DNA of 64,000 nucleotides from Octopus sinensis (taxonomy: Eukaryota): assembly GCF_006345805.1 (NCBI RefSeq), contig NC_043013.1, positions 45,198,001 through 45,262,000 of the forward strand. Reading direction: 5' to 3'. Of this stretch, positions 59,743 through 64,000 are shown piece by piece. The notes under the pieces were generated by a model. It made no database searches. It had not been told where the DNA came from and was given only the letters and a program-made list of their open reading frames with translations. Positions within the stretch are counted from its first letter, which is position 1. Each line of letters opens with the position of its first letter. The translations under genes and the position numbers were made by a program.

Positions 59743-61174
59743 CCCCCTTCGGTCATGAATGACCATGGGATTGCACCTAGAAAGTTACCTTCCTAGATAC
59801 AAGTCCGGGCAAGGTTGTTTATGGAAGGCCAGCAGTCGCCCATGCATACCGGCCTCCCCTCTCCACGCCACCAGTGTTATCCAAGGGAAAGACAAAGGTC
59901 GATACAGCTTGCCACCAGTGACGTCGCAACTCATTTCTACAGCTGAGTGAACTGGAGCAACGTGAAATAAAGTGCCTTGCTCGAGAACACAACACGCAGC
60001 CCGGTCCGGGATTCGAGCTCACAACCTCACGATCGTAAGCTCGACGCTCTAACCACTGAGCCATGCGCCTTATATATATATATATTCTTTTATTCTATTA
60101 CTTGTTTCAGTCATTTGATTGTGGCCATGCTGGATGACTGTCTTGAATGGTTACTTTTGTTGAACCACTAAGGTACGAGGAAGTAAACACACCAATGGGG
60201 GGAGGATAAACACAAACACACACGTATATATATACACTCATGATATTCTCAAAAGTTTTCTATATACCCACATCTAAAAAACTCTTACATAGATGCAGGT
60301 GTGGTGGTTGTGTGTTTCCTTCCCAGACATTGTTTTGGGTTCAATCCCACTGTGTGGTACCTGTGGCGAGTATCTTCCACTATAGCCTTGGACTGACCAA
60401 AGCCTTGTGAGTGAATTTAGTAAATTGAACCCATCATCATCATCATCATCATCGTCTAATGTCCATTTTCCGTGCGAGCACGGTTGGACAGTTCGACCGG
60501 GGTCTGGGAAGCCTGGAGGCTGCACTAGGCTCCAGTCTGATCTGGCAGTGTTTCTACAGCCGGATGCCCTTCCTAACACCAACCACTCCATGAATGTAGT
60601 GGGTGCTTTTTACATGCCAGGGGAGGCTGGCAGCAGTCACGATCGTTTGGTGCTTTTTACGTGCCACTGGCACAGAAGCCAGTCAAGGCGGCGCTGGCAT
60701 CGGACATGTTCGGATGGTGCTTTTTTACGTGCCATTGGCACAGGTATCACGACTACAAATTCCATTTGATATTTATTTTCATGTCGATGTACTTGACTCA
60801 ATAGGTCTCCTCAAGCACAGCAGGTCAACCTACGATCCAAGGTAAGCACAGCAGGTCGTTCTGCAATCCAAGGTACTTTGAAGGATGGGCTGGGGCTATG
60901 CAAAACTGGTGCGGGAAGCAGCCATGAACTCACATTATTTGTCGGGTCTTTGATGCACATGTGTGTGTGTGTACGTTGCCCCCCCCCCCCACCACTTGAC
61001 AACTGGTGTTGGTGTGTTTACGTACCCATAACTTAGCAGTTTGGTAAAAGAGACTGACAAAATAAGTACTACGCTTAAAAAACAAAGAAAGAAGTACATT
61101 GAACAAAAAATTCTTCAAGGAGGTGCCCCAGCATGGTCGCAGTCTCACGACTGAAACAAGTAAAAGATAAAAGA

Positions 61175-61340
61175 TAGATACCCACATCTAAACCAATTTT
61201 TTATATACCCACATCTAAAAAGTCATATATACACCCACATCTAAAAAGTCATATATACACCCACATCTAAAATGTCTTATATACCTTTTGTATACTCACA
61301 TGTAAAAATCTTATATATACTGACATCCAAAAAGTCTAAA
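61175..61340. repeat. ~26-bp minisatellite (ATACCCACATCTAAAAAGTC)
   Basis: About six degenerate units; a lone related unit near 60260. Confidence 0.75.
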
Positions 61341-61692
61341 AATTAGCAATGTTCATGCTGTGAGAATTTGTTTTGTAACTTAGCAGTTCAACAAATGGGT
61401 GGAATGAAATCAAAAACAACAAACAAACATGTAATGAACTGAAACAAGTTCTCAGCTCGATATGCTCAGCTAAGACATTTAAGGCATTGCCCCAGCATGG
61501 CCACAGTTCATTGACTGAAGCTGGTAAAGGAATTAAATATCACTTATTTTCCCAAGCGGAGGGAGTTAGGAGCATTATTTAGTCTGGCCTTCTACTTTCC
61601 CCACTATTTATTTACCCAATTAAGCAATTAATCAATTTACCTAATTAAGCAATTAATTAAATGTACAAATCAATAAAAAGCAGAACACTAAC

Positions 61693-61838
61693 CATCTTTC
61701 CAATCGTCCCAAGCTCGTGCTTTTGCTAAAGCTTCAGGATCATCTGCATCTTCTTTCTCATCATCTTCAGCCTCTTTTTGATCAGCATCATTTGCTTTCT
61801 TCTCTGGTTCTACAGCCCAGTCGTGTAGACTCTGACCG
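61693..61838 (-). CDS. IGBP1: IGBP1/alpha4 penultimate coding exon: GQSLHDWAVEPEKKANDADQKEAEDDEKEDADDPEALAKARAWDDWKD
   Basis: Pyrimidine tract then CAG acceptor, donor G|GTTAGT. Acidic stretch followed by ARxWDDWKD is the TAP42/alpha4 signature. The gene continues beyond the window. Confidence 0.92.
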
Positions 61839-61909
61839 CTGGTCAAGAAAAAAGAAGAAACTTTAGAACAGAAAACTAATGTCCATATTTTATATAATAC
61901 AACTGAAGT

Positions 61910-62670
61910 ACATCATCATCATCATCATCATCACTTAACATCCGCTTCCCATGCTAGCATGGGTTGGACGGTTCAACTGGGGTCTGTGAAGCCAGAAGGC
62001 TGCATCAGGCCCAGTCTGATCTGGCAGTGTTTCTACAGCTGGATGCTCTTCCTAACACCAACTACTCCGTGAGAATAGTGGGTGCTTTTTACGTGCCACC
62101 AGCACAGGGGCCAGAGGAGGCTGACAATGGCCACGATCGATTGGTGGTTTTTACGTGCCACCAGCACAGAAGCCAGTCAAGGCAGCACTGGCATCAGTCA
62201 CGTTTGGATGGTGCTTTTTACGTGGCACTGGCATGGGTATCACAACTACAATTCCATTTGATTTTTATTTTCATGTTGATGTACTTGATTCAATAGGTCT
62301 CTTCAAGCACAGCAGGTTGCCCCACGATCCAAGGTAAGCACCTCAGGCCATCCTACGATCCAAGGTACTTTGAATGGGCTGGGGCTGGTTGTGTGAAGCT
62401 GATGTAGGATACAGCCATGAACTCACTTTATTTGTTGGGTCTTTGTAGTCACAGCATATCTCCAGAGGTCTCGGTCTTTTGTCATTGCCTCTGTGAGGCC
62501 CAGCGTTTGAAGGTCATCCTTGACCACCCCATCCCATGTTTTCCTGGGTCTGCCTCTACCCCGGATTCCTTCAACTGTTTGGGAGTGGCGCTTCTTCACA
62601 CATCTCTCCTCATCCATCCGTAGTGCATGAGCATACCACATCTGATGCTTCTTATATCCAACATTTCTCT
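61910..62670 (-). mobile_element. 5'-truncated RTE LINE with long 3'UTR
   Basis: WYAHALRMDEERCVKK...VEGIRGRGRPRKTW...DRDLWR, then 3'UTR and (GAT)n tail; related copy at 60432-60960. Confidence 0.85.
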
Positions 62671-64000
62671 CAGGGCACACATTTGTTATTATACATTGAT
62701 TTCTTTGTTGTATATTGTGGTTACATAATGAAATACCATATCCCTACAAGTCATTAATATGTACATACCAGCTGATGTTTGCTATGTAAAATTGGTATAG
62801 GCGTAGGAGTGGCTGTGTGGTAAGTAGCTTGCTTATGAACCACATGGTTCTGGTTTCAGTCCCACTGCGTGGCACCTTGGGCAAGTGTCCCTCTACTATA
62901 GCCTCAGGCCGACCAAAGCCTTGTGAGTGGATTTGGTAGACGGAAACTGAAAGAAGCCTATTGTATATATGTATGTATATGTGTGTATGTATGTGTGTGT
63001 GTATGTGTGTATTTTTGTGTCTTGTGTTTATCCCCCCAGCATCGCTTGACAACCAATCCTGGTGTGTTTACATCCCTGTAACTTAGCGGTTCGGCAAACA
63101 GAGACCGATAGAATAAGTATTAGGCTTACAAAGAATAAGTCCTGGTGTCAATTTGCTTGACTAAAGGCGATACTCCAGCATGGCCACAGTCAAATGACTG
63201 AAACAAACAAAAGAGTAAAAGAGTAAGTGCTGGTGTCACTTCGAAGGGATTCCAGATGTAAAAGCCATGCCAAAACTGATTTTGCCAGTGCTAGGCTCCC
63301 ATGTAAAAAGCACTCAGCCCACTCTGCAGGGTGGTTGGTGTTAAGAAGGGCATCCAGCTGTAATAACCATACTAAAACAGACACAGACGTATAGTGCAGT
63401 CTTCTGTCTGGCCAGTCTCCAGTCAAATTGTCCAACCCATGCTAGCATGGAAAGAGGACGTTAAACAATGATGGTGATGATTGCTATCAACATCATCATT
63501 TTAACATCCACTTTTTCATGCTTGCATGGGTCAGATGGAATTTGTTGAGGAGGATTTTCTATGGCCAGTGCTCTTCCTCTCACCCACTCTTACCAGTTTC
63601 CAAGCAAGGCAATATTTCCCCGTGACCAGACATGTTTTTGCAGAATACTGGAAATGATTGACACCGCTTGTGTGACAGTGACACTCATTTACAACAATCA
63701 TGTTATGTTAAAGAACAAGACAGTAACATGCACACAACACACACACATACACACAGCAGGCTTCTTTCAGCTTCTGTGAACCAGACCCACTCACAAGGCT
63801 TTGACCAACCTGGGGCTATAGTAGAAGACACTTGCCTAAAGTGCCACACAGTGGAACTGAACCTGGAACCATGTGGTTGGGAGGCAAACTACTTACCACT
63901 CAGCGATGCCTACTAAATACATTTTGGAAGTAAATCTCTTTACACACAGCATCTTGCATTAAAAAAAAACAAAAAAATACTTACGTTGGTATTTGTAATG

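Noticed and set aside
59990-60070. tRNA-like sequence on the minus strand (also at other SINE heads)
   Set aside because: A and B boxes run directly into a SINE body and no complete acceptor stem is evident; not a tRNA gene.

Overview
Repeat-rich, AT-rich animal genomic DNA. The SINE families and dense (TA)n/(CA)n microsatellites suggest an octopus-type cephalopod; this is inference only. Two spliced host genes can be reconstructed by hand. (1) A complete 8-exon HIF1AN/FIH-1 (JmjC asparaginyl hydroxylase, 324 aa) on + from ATG 8450 to TAG 53992, with a ~29.6 kb first intron and intact HxD...H and 2-oxoglutarate ligands. (2) The last two coding exons of IGBP1/alpha4 (TAP42 family) on -, ending tail-to-tail with HIF1AN. 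Most of the remainder is transposon material: a decayed DD37E (TRT-type) Tc1 element with ~220-bp TIRs; a Gypsy pol relic with an internal inversion/inverted duplication; non-autonomous Helitrons; a GG-terminated 8-bp-TSD MITE family (7 copies, all in intron 1, two with 50-65 bp flanking duplications and one fold-back copy); pogo-, hAT- and rosa-like relics; CR1, RTE and CRE LINE fragments; and at least four tRNA-derived SINE families. Almost all ORFs in the supplied track are microsatellite or repeat artefacts. I find no evidence of a new multi-gene system; the notable items are transposon rearrangements and possible dsRNA/regulatory consequences.
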